A stretch of DNA of 64,000 nucleotides. Origin: an uncultured Gammaproteobacteria bacterium. Its GTDB lineage: Bacteria > Pseudomonadota > Gammaproteobacteria > Arenicellales > JAANXG01. Position 1 is the first letter of the stretch, and each line of letters starts with the position of its first letter. Of the stretch, positions 9,191 to 19,161 are shown one piece after another. The DNA is taken from positions 8,006-72,005 of the forward strand of contig CAMYKK010000010.1 of assembly GCA_947258975.1 (NCBI GenBank), given 5' to 3'. The notes beneath the pieces were generated by a model. It had not been told where the DNA came from and did no database searches. It worked only from the letters and a program-made list of their open reading frames with translations. The position numbers and the translations under genes were made by a program.

Positions 9191-9478
9191 CGGGATGTTT
9201 TTAAAATCAACGGATTAGGGACAATAACATGCAGACAAGCAGCCATGTCCTGGCATCCCTTTTACACTCATGCTCACGTCAATCAATTGTAGTTGAACCT
9301 GACCATTAGAGAAGCGATACGCAAAGAAGCCTGCGCTCGCGCGACACTGATTAAACTGATTCGCTCCTTGTGCGCTCTGCGCTGCCGTAATTTATGCACC
9401 TAACGCGCGTTGCATTTTTGTTATCATTGACGTTTGCCGGCCATGCCGGTCGTATTCAGCTATGTCGGAGTACCCCAC

Positions 9479-10105
9479 ATGAGTGATGCCCTTAATTATT
9501 TGATCAAAGCCCGCCCGGATGCGATCAAGCCGTATTTTACGTTTCTCAAACAGGCGGGAACGCATCTTGATAAAAAGACTCGCAGTCTCATTTCGGTGAT
9601 TACCAAGGTACATGCGCAGACGGAAACTGGTTTCAGGCAGTACCTCAGCCGGGCAATGAGAGACGGGGCCACTCCCCACGAGATACTCGATGCCCTGTTG
9701 ATGGCGTTTCCCGCCCTCGGCCTTGCTAAGATTGTCTGGGCGGTGGACATCGTTCTTGATATGGACATTCCCGAATTTCGCCCTGAATTCCTGGATGCCG
9801 AGCCCCAATGGCATGATATAGCCCCGACCCAAGACATTGAAAATCAACAAATCAACTACCTGAACTGTGACGGGCGCAGCCTGTTCATCTATCGCAACGA
9901 CAACGAGTTTCGCGTTTACGACAGCCGCTGCCCGCATCAGGTTACGAATATTCCACACCTTGCACTCGAAGATGGTGTGCTAACGTGTCCCAAACATGAA
10001 TGGTCATTCGATGTTTCAACAGGGGAATGCATCAAGAAGGGGAACCGTCCGCTGAACCGATTCGAGTGGAAGATCGAAAAAGACAAACTGTTGGCATACT
10101 GGTAG
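9479..10105 (+). CDS. Carboxymuconolactone-decarboxylase (AhpD-like) domain fused to a Rieske [2Fe-2S] domain
   Basis: The N-terminal ~100 aa are CMD-like. The C-terminus carries the Rieske ligand motifs CPHQ...CPKHEW. The ATG at 9479 has a GGAG upstream, and the ORF frame is open from 9434. Confidence 0.65.
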   Translation: MSDALNYLIKARPDAIKPYFTFLKQAGTHLDKKTRSLISVITKVHAQTETGFRQYLSRAMRDGATPHEILDALLMAFPALGLAKIVWAVDIVLDMDIPEFRPEFLDAEPQWHDIAPTQDIENQQINYLNCDGRSLFIYRNDNEFRVYDSRCPHQVTNIPHLALEDGVLTCPKHEWSFDVSTGECIKKGNRPLNRFEWKIEKDKLLAYW

Positions 10106-10235
10106 GAGCTTGCGTAATTGTTTGCTGGGCCTTGGAAACCCCGTCCTTTGTCAGCAGAAAACTTTTTACATCCGCTATGAGCAACGGCGCCTCAATCTGA
10201 ATGCTGTGCCAAGACGGGCAACCCGAGATTCATCG

Positions 10236-11003
10236 TTAGGATTGCGTAAGGAATTGTACGATTAGCACGACGGCGATGACGAACAGCACGCCTTTAACAA
10301 TCATGCGGTAGGTATCAATCGGAAGGCGATTACGAATCGCCATACCGAACAGCAGCGCAATCAAGGCGACGCCCGCAAACGGCATCGTAGACATCAAGAC
10401 CCCGGCACCCACAACGCCGGTACTGGTAAATATGCCGATTTGCGCGATCTTTCCGGCAAAAAAACACATATTGAATACCTGCACCATGGCGGTTGCGGCG
10501 AGACCCAACTCCAGAGTGTAGATGATCAATACCGGGACCATCACATTCGTGGTGCCACTCGCAGCTCCGGCGGTGAGGCCAAACGAAAGCATGGACCAGT
10601 GCGGATGGGAGGCAACCCACTGCATCTTGACCGCACCCAAATAATTCGCGCCCAGATAAAGCAATATCAAAGCCGCCAGCAATAGCTTAAACGGTGCGGG
10701 ATCAGTGTTGATGAGGAACCAGGTGCCGGCGGCGCTGCCGATCACTGCGTATACGGCAAGCGGCCAGAACTTACCAATACTTTCCCGCCAACGGCCGCCG
10801 TGCACCATACTGACGATGTTGACCGTAACGGTGGGCAAGAGCGTGAGGACAATAGCACTGCGCACATCCATAACAAGAGCGAGCAGCGGCGTGGCTATTA
10901 ACGGAAAACCCAGTCCCAAGGTGCCGTGTACCAGTCCGGATAAGAAAATAATCGCGGTGAGCAGCACCACGGTAAGGGAAGAGTAGTCATCCATGATTGG
11001 CAT
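10236..11003 (-). CDS. TauE/SafE (TSUP, DUF81) family anion exporter
   Basis: 255 aa with about 8 TM helices and the N-terminal pattern GLVHGTLGLGFPLIATPLL. Confidence 0.75.
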   Translation of the reverse strand: MPIMDDYSSLTVVLLTAIIFLSGLVHGTLGLGFPLIATPLLALVMDVRSAIVLTLLPTVTVNIVSMVHGGRWRESIGKFWPLAVYAVIGSAAGTWFLINTDPAPFKLLLAALILLYLGANYLGAVKMQWVASHPHWSMLSFGLTAGAASGTTNVMVPVLIIYTLELGLAATAMVQVFNMCFFAGKIAQIGIFTSTGVVGAGVLMSTMPFAGVALIALLFGMAIRNRLPIDTYRMIVKGVLFVIAVVLIVQFLTQS

Positions 11004-11094
11004 GGCTAATATGTCCGCAAGGGTATCTATAGGTGATCAGAATTTACGGCCGGGCCCAGGGGCAATTAAGTCTCGGAAGGAAACGGCCGGGGGA

Positions 11095-12144
11095 TCAGGT
11101 ACGCAGCGCGTCCGCCAGTTCTCTAAGCAGTGCCCGCGTGGTCGGCCAGTCGATGCAGGCGTCGGTAACCGAAACACCGTATTGCAGCTTGGACAAGTCG
11201 GTCGGAATGGCCTGGTTTCCCCCGTTGAGATTGCTCTCCAACATCAACCCGATAATCGACGTATTGCCTTCGAGGATCTGATTCACGCAGTCTTTGGCCA
11301 CCAGCGGCTGAAGCGATGGGTCTTTGTTTGAGTTGCCGTGACTGCAATCAACCATGATATTGATGGGTAAACCGGCTTGCGCGAGTGCCTCCTCGCACTT
11401 GGCAATACTGACAGAATCATAATTGCGATGACTTCCCCCGCCGCGCAATACAATGTGTGCATCACGATTTCCGCGCGTACGAAACACCGTAGTTTGGCCG
11501 CTCTGGTTGATCCCCAGAAAATGATGCGGCCGGGTTACCGATTGCAGGGCGTTGATCGCCACTCCCAGCGAGCCGTCGGTACCGTTCTTAAATCCTACCG
11601 GACTGGACAGACCGCTGGCCATCTCGCGATGGGTCTGGGACTCAACGGTGCGCGCACCGATAGCGGTCCAGGAAATCAAATCGGACAAGTACTGCGGCAT
11701 GATCGGATCCAACGCCTCGGTGGCCGCGGGTAATCCGATCTCCGCTAAGTGGAGCAGCAGTTCGCGCGCCTGGTAAAGCCCTTTTTCGATGTGGAATGAG
11801 TCGTTCATGTCCGGGTCATTGACAAGCCCCTTCCAGCCCACGGTGGTGCGCGGCTTCTCGAAGTAAACCCGCATGACCATGAACATTTTGTCTTCCAGCT
11901 CGCTCGCCAGCGCCGTTAACGCTTGCGCATAGTCATGGGCGGCTTTGATATCGTGGACTGAACACGGACCGACGATTACCGATATCCGGGAGTCCTGACG
12001 GCCGAGAATCCGCCGCATTTCACCGCGGCCCCGCAGCACCGTGCGTTCCGCGGTTTTCGACAGCGGCAAATCGCGGCGTAACTGGTCCGGTGTGGGCAAC
12101 AGATCTTGGGCAACGACATTGATGTCACTGATTTGGTCGGTCAT
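11095..12144 (-). CDS. Class I 3-deoxy-7-phosphoheptulonate (DAHP) synthase
   Basis: 349 aa, AroG/F/H-like throughout (KPRTTVGWKGL, IGARTVESQTHRE, MVDCSHGNS). The isoenzyme cannot be assigned. Confidence 0.9.
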   Translation of the reverse strand: MTDQISDINVVAQDLLPTPDQLRRDLPLSKTAERTVLRGRGEMRRILGRQDSRISVIVGPCSVHDIKAAHDYAQALTALASELEDKMFMVMRVYFEKPRTTVGWKGLVNDPDMNDSFHIEKGLYQARELLLHLAEIGLPAATEALDPIMPQYLSDLISWTAIGARTVESQTHREMASGLSSPVGFKNGTDGSLGVAINALQSVTRPHHFLGINQSGQTTVFRTRGNRDAHIVLRGGGSHRNYDSVSIAKCEEALAQAGLPINIMVDCSHGNSNKDPSLQPLVAKDCVNQILEGNTSIIGLMLESNLNGGNQAIPTDLSKLQYGVSVTDACIDWPTTRALLRELADALRT

Positions 12145-12196
12145 GCGCGCGATTCTGTGTACAGAAGTGACTCGATATCGGATTGTTGCAAAGATC

Positions 12197-12211
12197 GTGA
12201 CAGAATGTCAC
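12197..12211. promoter_or_regulatory. Palindrome GTGACA-N3-TGTCAC upstream of the DAHP synthase gene
   Basis: Perfect 6-bp arms, 53-67 nt upstream of the start codon at 12144. The binding protein is unknown. Confidence 0.25.
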
Positions 12212-12253
12212 TCCCACATCCAATGCGGCTCACTCACACAGAGGCATAGTACC

Positions 12254-12278
12254 TGTGGGAGCGGCTCGCAGCCGCGAT
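12254..12278. repeat. REP-like element (inverted copy of the GCCGCTCCCAC family)
   Basis: TGTGGGAGCGGCTCGCAGCCGCGAT is the reverse complement of the ATCGCGGCT-N-AGCCGCTCCCACA pattern seen at 7288 and 22717. Confidence 0.75.
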
Positions 12279-12513
12279 AATCCTGACACTCGCCCTTAAA
12301 AAAACTGCAATTCAGGCGCGATAGACTAAACTTTCAAGTAGAAGCATAAAGTTCATGAGGTGTCTGACGTTATACATAGAAAGGCCAAGTGCTTCACGAT
12401 TTTGAGGTGGGGCGCGAAAGTTAGCTTCAGCGCGGATGAACGTCCCGTTCCCTGAATCGGGGTGTTAATCCAAGCGGGCGCTCTCGCAAGGTCACATTCT
12501 TTGATGCCGTGCA

Positions 12514-14070
12514 TTGAGGATGACCAACAAAGCAAAAACCGCGTGGCGAACCGGAGTGCTGGGATTATTGGTAGTGCTGATCCCCACGGGGATTTATTGG
12601 CATCGCGCACAGCAACGATTTGATCCTGAGGCCATGCTGGATGTCTCTGTGTGGCTGAAAACCGTTTCTCATGTGCGTGTTGACGCTGTCGGGGATTCTG
12701 TTTGGGAGGCGGCGTCGGGTTCTGGGTTTGTGGTGTCCGCACAAAAGTGCGAGATATGGACCAGTCATCACGTCATTGCCAACGCCGCTGTCATAGAGGT
12801 GTACCCAAGGCATTGGCCTCATAGCTCCGGCATCCCGGCATCTGTCGTCAACTCCAACCCGCGCACGGACATCGCGATTTTACGAATGCAAAATTGTGAC
12901 GGCATTCGGCAGGCGCGCCTCGGAGATTCAGACACCCTGCATGCAGGCGACGATGTCTACGCAGTCGGAAATCCGTTGGGTCTCAATCCAAACTCCATCA
13001 GTCGCGGCATCGTCTCTCACACCAACAGAATCGCCAACAGCGCCTTGCCTTATCTACAAACCGACGCGGCCATTAACCATGGCAACTCAGGCGGTGCATT
13101 ATTCAATCGCAACGGTGAGGTGGTCGGTGTTAGCACCGCCATAGTATCCAATAGGAATGGGAACAATACCGGTATCAGCTACGCGCTGCCTATTAACCTG
13201 GTGAAAAAGGAAACCCGGCTCCTTCATAATGGACCACCGAGTTGGGGCGATGCGGGGATAAACAACATCGTGACCCTGCTCACACCCGATGAAGCCACGG
13301 TGTTTCGGGCTCCGCAAGGATACGCTGCACTCATCCTAACGGAGACGCCCACGGAGGGCCCGGGTGCGGACAAGCTGTTCGCCAGGGATGTGATCTATCA
13401 GATGGACAACACGCCGATATCCACCGCCAGCCAGGCCGCGCAGTTTATCAGCAGTCACAACCCAAAGGACACGATTACGTTTCACCTGATCCGGGCCGGC
13501 GAGACGAAGCTCGTTGCCATTACGTTAACTGACGGATGGCGGGCCGGAGAATCACCGGCCGCCGAGTACTACGACGGCCATCTGGGGATGACACTGGAGA
13601 TGTGGAGCGATGAACAGCCCACACGACCCCGGTTCGTGAATCCAGTGATCACCAAGGTGCAAAGCCTCGGCCCTGCGCACATGGCCTATATCGCAAGCTC
13701 GCAAAAAACCGTTGCGCGAAACGGTCCGATCGTATTTCCGCTCCAGTTGGATATAAAAACCGTTACCGGTGCAGTCTACAATGGGACTTATACCCCGGTG
13801 ACCGGCATTGAAGCGCTGGAAGAACTCGCGATCACCGCTTTTGCATCGAATCTGCCATTATTGCTCGAAATTGAGACTTGGGCACGTCCCAGCCCCATGG
13901 TTCTGGAAGAGCCGTTCCAGCGGCGCAGTACATTGTTCCATAGAGTAACGCCGGCACTGACAAAGGCCGCAACCCCGGAGCTGATCCCAAGCAGTGCGGA
14001 ATTCGCGGAGCCAGGTAATCAGGCCGCGACAAAGCAGGTCGCTGCCTTTGATACCGTTGGAAATCTTTGA
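12514..14070 (+). CDS. Trypsin-like serine protease, HtrA/DegP (S1C) family
   Basis: 518 aa with an N-terminal anchor. Shows the His context SHHVI, the Asp context DIAILR and the Ser context GNSGGALF, followed by a PDZ-like region. Confidence 0.8.
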   Translation: MRMTNKAKTAWRTGVLGLLVVLIPTGIYWHRAQQRFDPEAMLDVSVWLKTVSHVRVDAVGDSVWEAASGSGFVVSAQKCEIWTSHHVIANAAVIEVYPRHWPHSSGIPASVVNSNPRTDIAILRMQNCDGIRQARLGDSDTLHAGDDVYAVGNPLGLNPNSISRGIVSHTNRIANSALPYLQTDAAINHGNSGGALFNRNGEVVGVSTAIVSNRNGNNTGISYALPINLVKKETRLLHNGPPSWGDAGINNIVTLLTPDEATVFRAPQGYAALILTETPTEGPGADKLFARDVIYQMDNTPISTASQAAQFISSHNPKDTITFHLIRAGETKLVAITLTDGWRAGESPAAEYYDGHLGMTLEMWSDEQPTRPRFVNPVITKVQSLGPAHMAYIASSQKTVARNGPIVFPLQLDIKTVTGAVYNGTYTPVTGIEALEELAITAFASNLPLLLEIETWARPSPMVLEEPFQRRSTLFHRVTPALTKAATPELIPSSAEFAEPGNQAATKQVAAFDTVGNL

Positions 14071-14259
14071 CCCGAACATCGCGCCAAGGCGCGCCGCCCT
14101 GACTCGATCTCGAACGGCGAGCCCGACCGTGCCACTATGCGCAATGCAAGTCTCGTCGCCGGCTTCCGGAATCCTTGCCCATCGTTCGCGAGGAAGGTCA
14201 ATCGTAGTGGCGCGCCGAAATTCGGCCGCCCCGGATAGGAGTGAATCAACGGCACACAT

Positions 14260-15216
14260 TCACTGACTGGTCGATATTATTGTTCCGTACCGGGAAAACA
14301 ATACACCTAATGTGAGTAACGACAGGGCCGTGGTGATGACGACAGTGGTAGCGCTTTGCTGTACGTAGGCATTGTATTTCTGGGCAAACATAAACACGAT
14401 TGCGCCGGTCGGCATGGCGGCCAGCAACACCGCGCTCGCCGCCCAAACGGGGTCCAGGCCCAGGACCGGGCCTACGATCACCCAGGTGACGAGCGGATGG
14501 ATCAGCAATTTGAGCAGCGTCAGCCACGCAATTTCACGTCCCCCCGCGCGAATGGGGAATCCATATAGTGACAAACCCAAAGCAAATAAAGCACACGGTC
14601 CCGCTGCCCGGCTGAGTAGTTCCAGAAAGCGGTCCACCGGCACCGGCGGATGAATCTGCAACGCCGAGGCCGCTAATCCCAGGGTCGGCGCCACCAGCAC
14701 CGGGTTGCTGAGCAACGCCTTGGCAACCGCCTTAACGGCCAAAGCGGAACCACCCCGGCGATGTTGGGAGATTTCCAGAACCAGCACCACCAAACCGATG
14801 AAAAACAGATTGCTGGCAACCGCGCCCACCACCGCCGGCGCTGCACCACGTTCGCCAAATGCTGCGACAAACAATGGAATTCCCATGTATACGGTATTGG
14901 CGAACACTGCTGCCAGGCCGTGCAGCGCGAGTGTCGATAATCCCCGATGCACGAACAACAAACGCCCTCCGGCCAGGGCAATCCCTAAAGTGATCAGCGC
15001 CCCGAAAAGATACGCAAAGATAAACGGCCAGTTGAGAATCGCTTGCACCGGCACTCTTGACGTCGATAGAAACAACAACGCCGGCAACGCAATATAATAC
15101 GCAAAGCTGTTAAGAGCCTCGGCGCTGGCGTCTTGCAACAGACCGAAGCGCCGTGATGCATAACCCGCGAAAATGATGCCGAAAACAGGGAGAACGATAT
15201 TGAATAGTTCCTGCAT
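14260..15216 (-). CDS. AEC (auxin efflux carrier) family transporter
   Basis: Multi-TM protein. The likely start is MQELFNIVLPVFGIIFAGY at 15216, while the ORF frame is open to 15264. Confidence 0.75.
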   Translation of the reverse strand: MQELFNIVLPVFGIIFAGYASRRFGLLQDASAEALNSFAYYIALPALLFLSTSRVPVQAILNWPFIFAYLFGALITLGIALAGGRLLFVHRGLSTLALHGLAAVFANTVYMGIPLFVAAFGERGAAPAVVGAVASNLFFIGLVVLVLEISQHRRGGSALAVKAVAKALLSNPVLVAPTLGLAASALQIHPPVPVDRFLELLSRAAGPCALFALGLSLYGFPIRAGGREIAWLTLLKLLIHPLVTWVIVGPVLGLDPVWAASAVLLAAMPTGAIVFMFAQKYNAYVQQSATTVVITTALSLLTLGVLFSRYGTIISTSQ

Positions 15217-15361
15217 CGGCAAAGCATAACAGGAAGTCCCCGGCTCGCCTGGATGTTGCAGCAAGGACCCCGGGGGCCGGCGACGAGACTTGCGCTACAA
15301 GAGGACGCAGGGGGCGCGACGATATATTATTTATTGGTGCTGTAAAGTCCTCGCTTCCGAA

Positions 15362-16114
15362 TCACCTACGGAGTGTCTTATCCACGTAATTTTGCACCGC
15401 CGCTACCACCTCAACAGCATTCCACGCCTCCTTAACTCGTGCCTCCATGTCCAGTGACCATTTCTGCTGCAGTTTTTCAAACACCGGCCGGCATGCCTGA
15501 GACTTGGTGAGCGCAAACGATCGAGGAGGAATCGAGGCAAGCTCCACGGCGCAGATCATCGCGCGTTCAGATAAGGTTTCGCTCGCGACGAGCTCATCGA
15601 CAAGCCCCCATGCAAGGGCCTGGTCGGGGGGATAGGTCAATCCTCTGAATACAAATTGCCTGAAGTGCTGTGGAGGTGTTGCAAAACGCATGATCTCAAG
15701 CGCGATTGGAGGAAACGGCACCCCAACCGTCAACTCAGGCACTCCGATTCTTCCTCTCTCTTGTATCATGATGCGATGATCGGCTGCGCACGCGAGGATA
15801 CAACCACCCGCGATCGCGTGGCCATTAAGCGCTGCTATCAATGGTTTGGGGTAGACGAAAAACGCGTACAGCATATCGCCAAGCGCGGTGAGCAGAGCGC
15901 TGCGATACTCGTCACCATCGCTCATCAGCCGGACCAGATCAACACCCGCGGAAAAGATGTTTTCCTGACCGGTCAGCACCACGGCCTGAGAACTTGACTC
16001 CACCTGCTGCAATGCGCCCTTCAATTCCGTGCAAAACTCTACGTCGAGGGCGTTGGCCTTGCCGTGTTGCATCTGCAAGACGGTAATACCGTTGGCTTCT
16101 TTGAACTCGATCAT
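15362..16114 (-). CDS. Enoyl-CoA hydratase/isomerase (crotonase) family protein
   Basis: 250 aa with the crotonase-fold pattern (GKANALD, FSAGVDL, IAALNGHAIAGGC). Confidence 0.8.
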   Translation of the reverse strand: MIEFKEANGITVLQMQHGKANALDVEFCTELKGALQQVESSSQAVVLTGQENIFSAGVDLVRLMSDGDEYRSALLTALGDMLYAFFVYPKPLIAALNGHAIAGGCILACAADHRIMIQERGRIGVPELTVGVPFPPIALEIMRFATPPQHFRQFVFRGLTYPPDQALAWGLVDELVASETLSERAMICAVELASIPPRSFALTKSQACRPVFEKLQQKWSLDMEARVKEAWNAVEVVAAVQNYVDKTLRR

Positions 16115-16229
16115 TTTTTATTTCCTCTTTAGTGAGCGCAGCGATGAGCCAGCCCGTATATTGCGACGGGGATCTTTATTATATATTACCTCATCCTCAA
16201 ACCCTCCGGGACCTCGGTCTACGCACCAT

Positions 16230-16254
16230 AAAAAAAACCCGGCTGCGCGCCGGG
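16230..16254 (-). terminator. Rho-independent terminator of the hsp20 gene
   Basis: On the minus strand, stem GCCCGGC/GCCGGGC-type (plus-strand 16238-16243 and 16249-16254) followed by a U-run (plus-strand A8 at 16230-16237). Confidence 0.7.
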
Positions 16255-16279
16255 CTTTAACGATTACATCAGGTTTTCG

Positions 16280-16786
16280 TCAGTTGACATCGATCTTCTG
16301 CTTCTTCGCAGTTGCCATCTTGGGAAGCACAACGCGCACGATCCCGTTATCGAAAGTAGCCTTGGCCTTCGAACCGTCCACCTTGGCCGGCAAACCCACA
16401 GTGCGTGCGAATTCACCGTGTCCGGTCTCCTTGTAATAATAGTCGGCTTCCTTTTCCTCGTGCTCTTGTTTGATCGTGCCGCGGAGCGTGACCGTGTCGT
16501 CGCCCAACGTGATATCAAGGCCGTCTTTCGAGACCCCGGGCATCTCGGCACGAATCACAACTTCGTCGTCGTGATCCACTACATCCACACGCGGTAACTC
16601 CGTCTCGCCAAGGGGCTTCTCCAACGGCCACCACCTTGGACTCGTCCAACCTCTCACCATCGAGCGACCCAGTAAGCGGTCGAACATCCGATCCATCTCA
16701 TCCCACGGATCCATCATCAAATCACGGCGTCCTTTCGCCTTTTCCCGTGTTACCGGTAGGTGTCTGATTTTCTCCGCTAATGTCAT
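16280..16786 (-). CDS. Hsp20/alpha-crystallin small heat-shock protein
   Basis: 168 aa with an alpha-crystallin domain (VVIRAEMPGVSKDGLDITL...GIVRVVLPK). Confidence 0.9.
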   Translation of the reverse strand: MTLAEKIRHLPVTREKAKGRRDLMMDPWDEMDRMFDRLLGRSMVRGWTSPRWWPLEKPLGETELPRVDVVDHDDEVVIRAEMPGVSKDGLDITLGDDTVTLRGTIKQEHEEKEADYYYKETGHGEFARTVGLPAKVDGSKAKATFDNGIVRVVLPKMATAKKQKIDVN

Positions 16787-16876
16787 TGAATACCTCCTTC
16801 GGGCCTGTTGTCAGTCACATGCCCGGTTACCGCCGACGCTCCCGTACCGCCAGGCAAACGCCACCGGTTGTTTATT

Positions 16877-16904
16877 ATATGGGGGCGCAAGGCCGCGATT
16901 TCCA
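16877..16904 (-). promoter_or_regulatory. Sigma-32-like heat-shock promoter
   Basis: The minus strand reads TGGAAA-N14-CCCCATAT, against the consensus CTTGAAA-N13-15-CCCCATNT. It lies ~90 nt upstream of the hsp20 start. Confidence 0.5.
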
Positions 16905-17082
16905 TATCGACATGGCGGTAGGGGGCCCTATTCTTGAGTCATTCACACAGATACGGTGGGCGCGGCGCTTGGCGGCCATCGCCACTCACGGTTGCGCTCG
17001 ACACACACGAAACCGGATCCACAGAGGCGCGGTTCCGCTGGTGGATTCTGTGAAATCCGCATCAGCCATCGCAGTCGGCGGA

Positions 17083-18309
17083 TTAGAATGTGAAATCTTC
17101 CAGATTGATCGGATAGTCTCCATGGGCCACGCCCTTCACGATGTCCAGCGGTTTTCCGTCAAACGTGTACGGCTCCTTGAGCAGATTGACCACTGGATAA
17201 CTCCCGTATGGATTCTTATCCGCGTCCAACAGCAGCACGACCCGCGGCCGTAGTCTTCTACGGGGGTTCTGACCAATAATGATGGCGACCTCACCGGAAC
17301 TCAGCTCAACCAGCGATCCCGTGGGATAAATTCCGATGGCCTGAATAAATTTATCCACCAACGACGACTTGAAATGCTGATCGCGCTGCTTGAATAAAGT
17401 CTGGACGGACTCTTCGCATGTCATCGCTGATGCGTAAGTTTTGGCCTCGGTGGAGGCGACGTAACTGTCTACGATCCCGGCCATCTGCCCAAATATTGGA
17501 ATACGATCACCCGCCAATCCGGCAAGATAGCCGCTGCCGTCATAACGCTCATGATGGGTCGCAACCATCCACAATAATCGTTCATCCACATTGGAAGCCT
17601 GTTCCAAAAGATCCATACCGTAACGAACGTGTTTCTTCACCAGTTCCCATTCGTCGTCCGTAAGACGTTCTTTCTTATCCAGCAGGTCTTGAGGCAGCTT
17701 GATGTTCCCAATGTCCAGAGACAAACCACCCATCGCCAGCAACCTAAGTTTTTCATCATGGAATCCCATTGCCCTGCCAAAAGTCGTCAAACCGGCGGAC
17801 ACGTTGATGGCATGGCGGTAAGTAGAGGAATGATGCTCCTTGACGCGGCAAACCCAGTTGAATGCATCCGGATTGCGTTTAATGCTGTCTACCATGACAT
17901 CGACACACGCATTGATATCATGTATGTCCAGCGTCTTTCCTTCTTTCAGGTCGGTCCAGATCTCCATCGTTACATTCTCGATGGACTCATGCACGGATCG
18001 CGCTTTGGGCAGTTCCTCAGTGAATTTAACTCGCGGCGCCGTAGATTCGTCATGATGACGTTTAACGAGTTCGTCGATCGCGGACACCGTCAGAACCGTT
18101 GGTGTCTTTTGCGCGCTCTCCAACGTGTACTCTTCGTCAGGGACTACGATATAGACATAACGACACAGCTCTTCGAGCTTTGCAATCTCATCGCTTTCCT
18201 GAATATAGAATCCTTGAAAGAGAAACGGCGTCTCCCGCCATGGTCGATCCAAGCGCGAGACATACATGCCAACCTGAAGTTGCCCTGTATTGATCCTCTC
18301 AATCGGCAT
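17083..18309 (-). CDS. HD-GYP domain c-di-GMP phosphodiesterase
   Basis: 408 aa with a DUF3391-like N-terminus (INTGQLQVGMYVSRLDRPW), an HD region, and HHERYDGSGY. Confidence 0.85.
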   Translation of the reverse strand: MPIERINTGQLQVGMYVSRLDRPWRETPFLFQGFYIQESDEIAKLEELCRYVYIVVPDEEYTLESAQKTPTVLTVSAIDELVKRHHDESTAPRVKFTEELPKARSVHESIENVTMEIWTDLKEGKTLDIHDINACVDVMVDSIKRNPDAFNWVCRVKEHHSSTYRHAINVSAGLTTFGRAMGFHDEKLRLLAMGGLSLDIGNIKLPQDLLDKKERLTDDEWELVKKHVRYGMDLLEQASNVDERLLWMVATHHERYDGSGYLAGLAGDRIPIFGQMAGIVDSYVASTEAKTYASAMTCEESVQTLFKQRDQHFKSSLVDKFIQAIGIYPTGSLVELSSGEVAIIIGQNPRRRLRPRVVLLLDADKNPYGSYPVVNLLKEPYTFDGKPLDIVKGVAHGDYPINLEDFTF

Positions 18310-19161
18310 ATCGATTTTCGACGATCCGCATTAGCACCTTATCAATCACAACTGAAAGCTGCCGCACGTTTTTATAAATCGAATAGAGGCAGAAGATGAT
18401 GTCCCTATTTGCGGTTCTGACCACGCGACCCTGCCCGTTGTTGAATATATTGAAGAGTGTAGTAGAGACGCAGGGCAATCACCACGAGGCACAACCGTTC
18501 AGGTCCTCTGGAGCAAAGCATATAAATGCCCAATACGCGTTGCCTATTTTCCAGTCGAACCGCCAGTGCTTGAAAATCATTTCTGGGCGTTGGCTCGGTC
18601 GCGAAACCCTGGATGTGCGCTTCTCTCTATCCATCGCTACGGCGATGCATTCCGCTCCAGCGCAGCATCCAACCGCCGGACCCCAACGCCATCATCCGGG
18701 AGCCTTGGTGCAATATGCAGGCTAGCTGTCTGTCGGGCTCAGCGCATCGTGGCGTAGATATATCCCAAGTCCGACAGACCGCTAACCCGATCTTTTCCGC
18801 CCATCCATCCATATATCCAACACCCGCCGATGATTCACCTGCACGGAGGTCTGAGAATTCCGCGTATTCCCCGCGGCGGGCTAGTGTTGGTCCTGCAAAC
18901 GACTATATAAATAATCGAAAAACTTTTTAAAAAATAAAGTAATTCATACAGTTGCCTTGACTCTCTTGGTGTTTTTGCTAGTTGTTATATGTGGGGGCAT
19001 GGCATTTTTTAGTGGTATCAATCCAGGCGCAGAGTCTACCGCGCTGAGCGCAATTAAACGAAGCAACAGGCTATGACAGGTGTGCACGCCAATCCAGGCG
19101 CCGATGCGGTCGGCCACGCAAACCGAGGCGTCGCACGGATCTCGCTAGTGGCCACAGACTC

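Noticed and set aside
9251-9266. Sigma-54-like TGGCAT-N5-TTACA upstream of the CMD-Rieske gene
   Set aside because: The conserved -12 GC is AC, the site is ~215 nt from the start codon, and there is no supporting activator site.
18396-18930. ORFs of 105-109 aa in the HD-GYP / GGDEF-EAL spacer
   Set aside because: Their composition is biased (Pro/Arg/Ser/Cys-rich), they overlap each other in different frames, and there are no motifs or RBS sites. Treated as non-coding or decayed.
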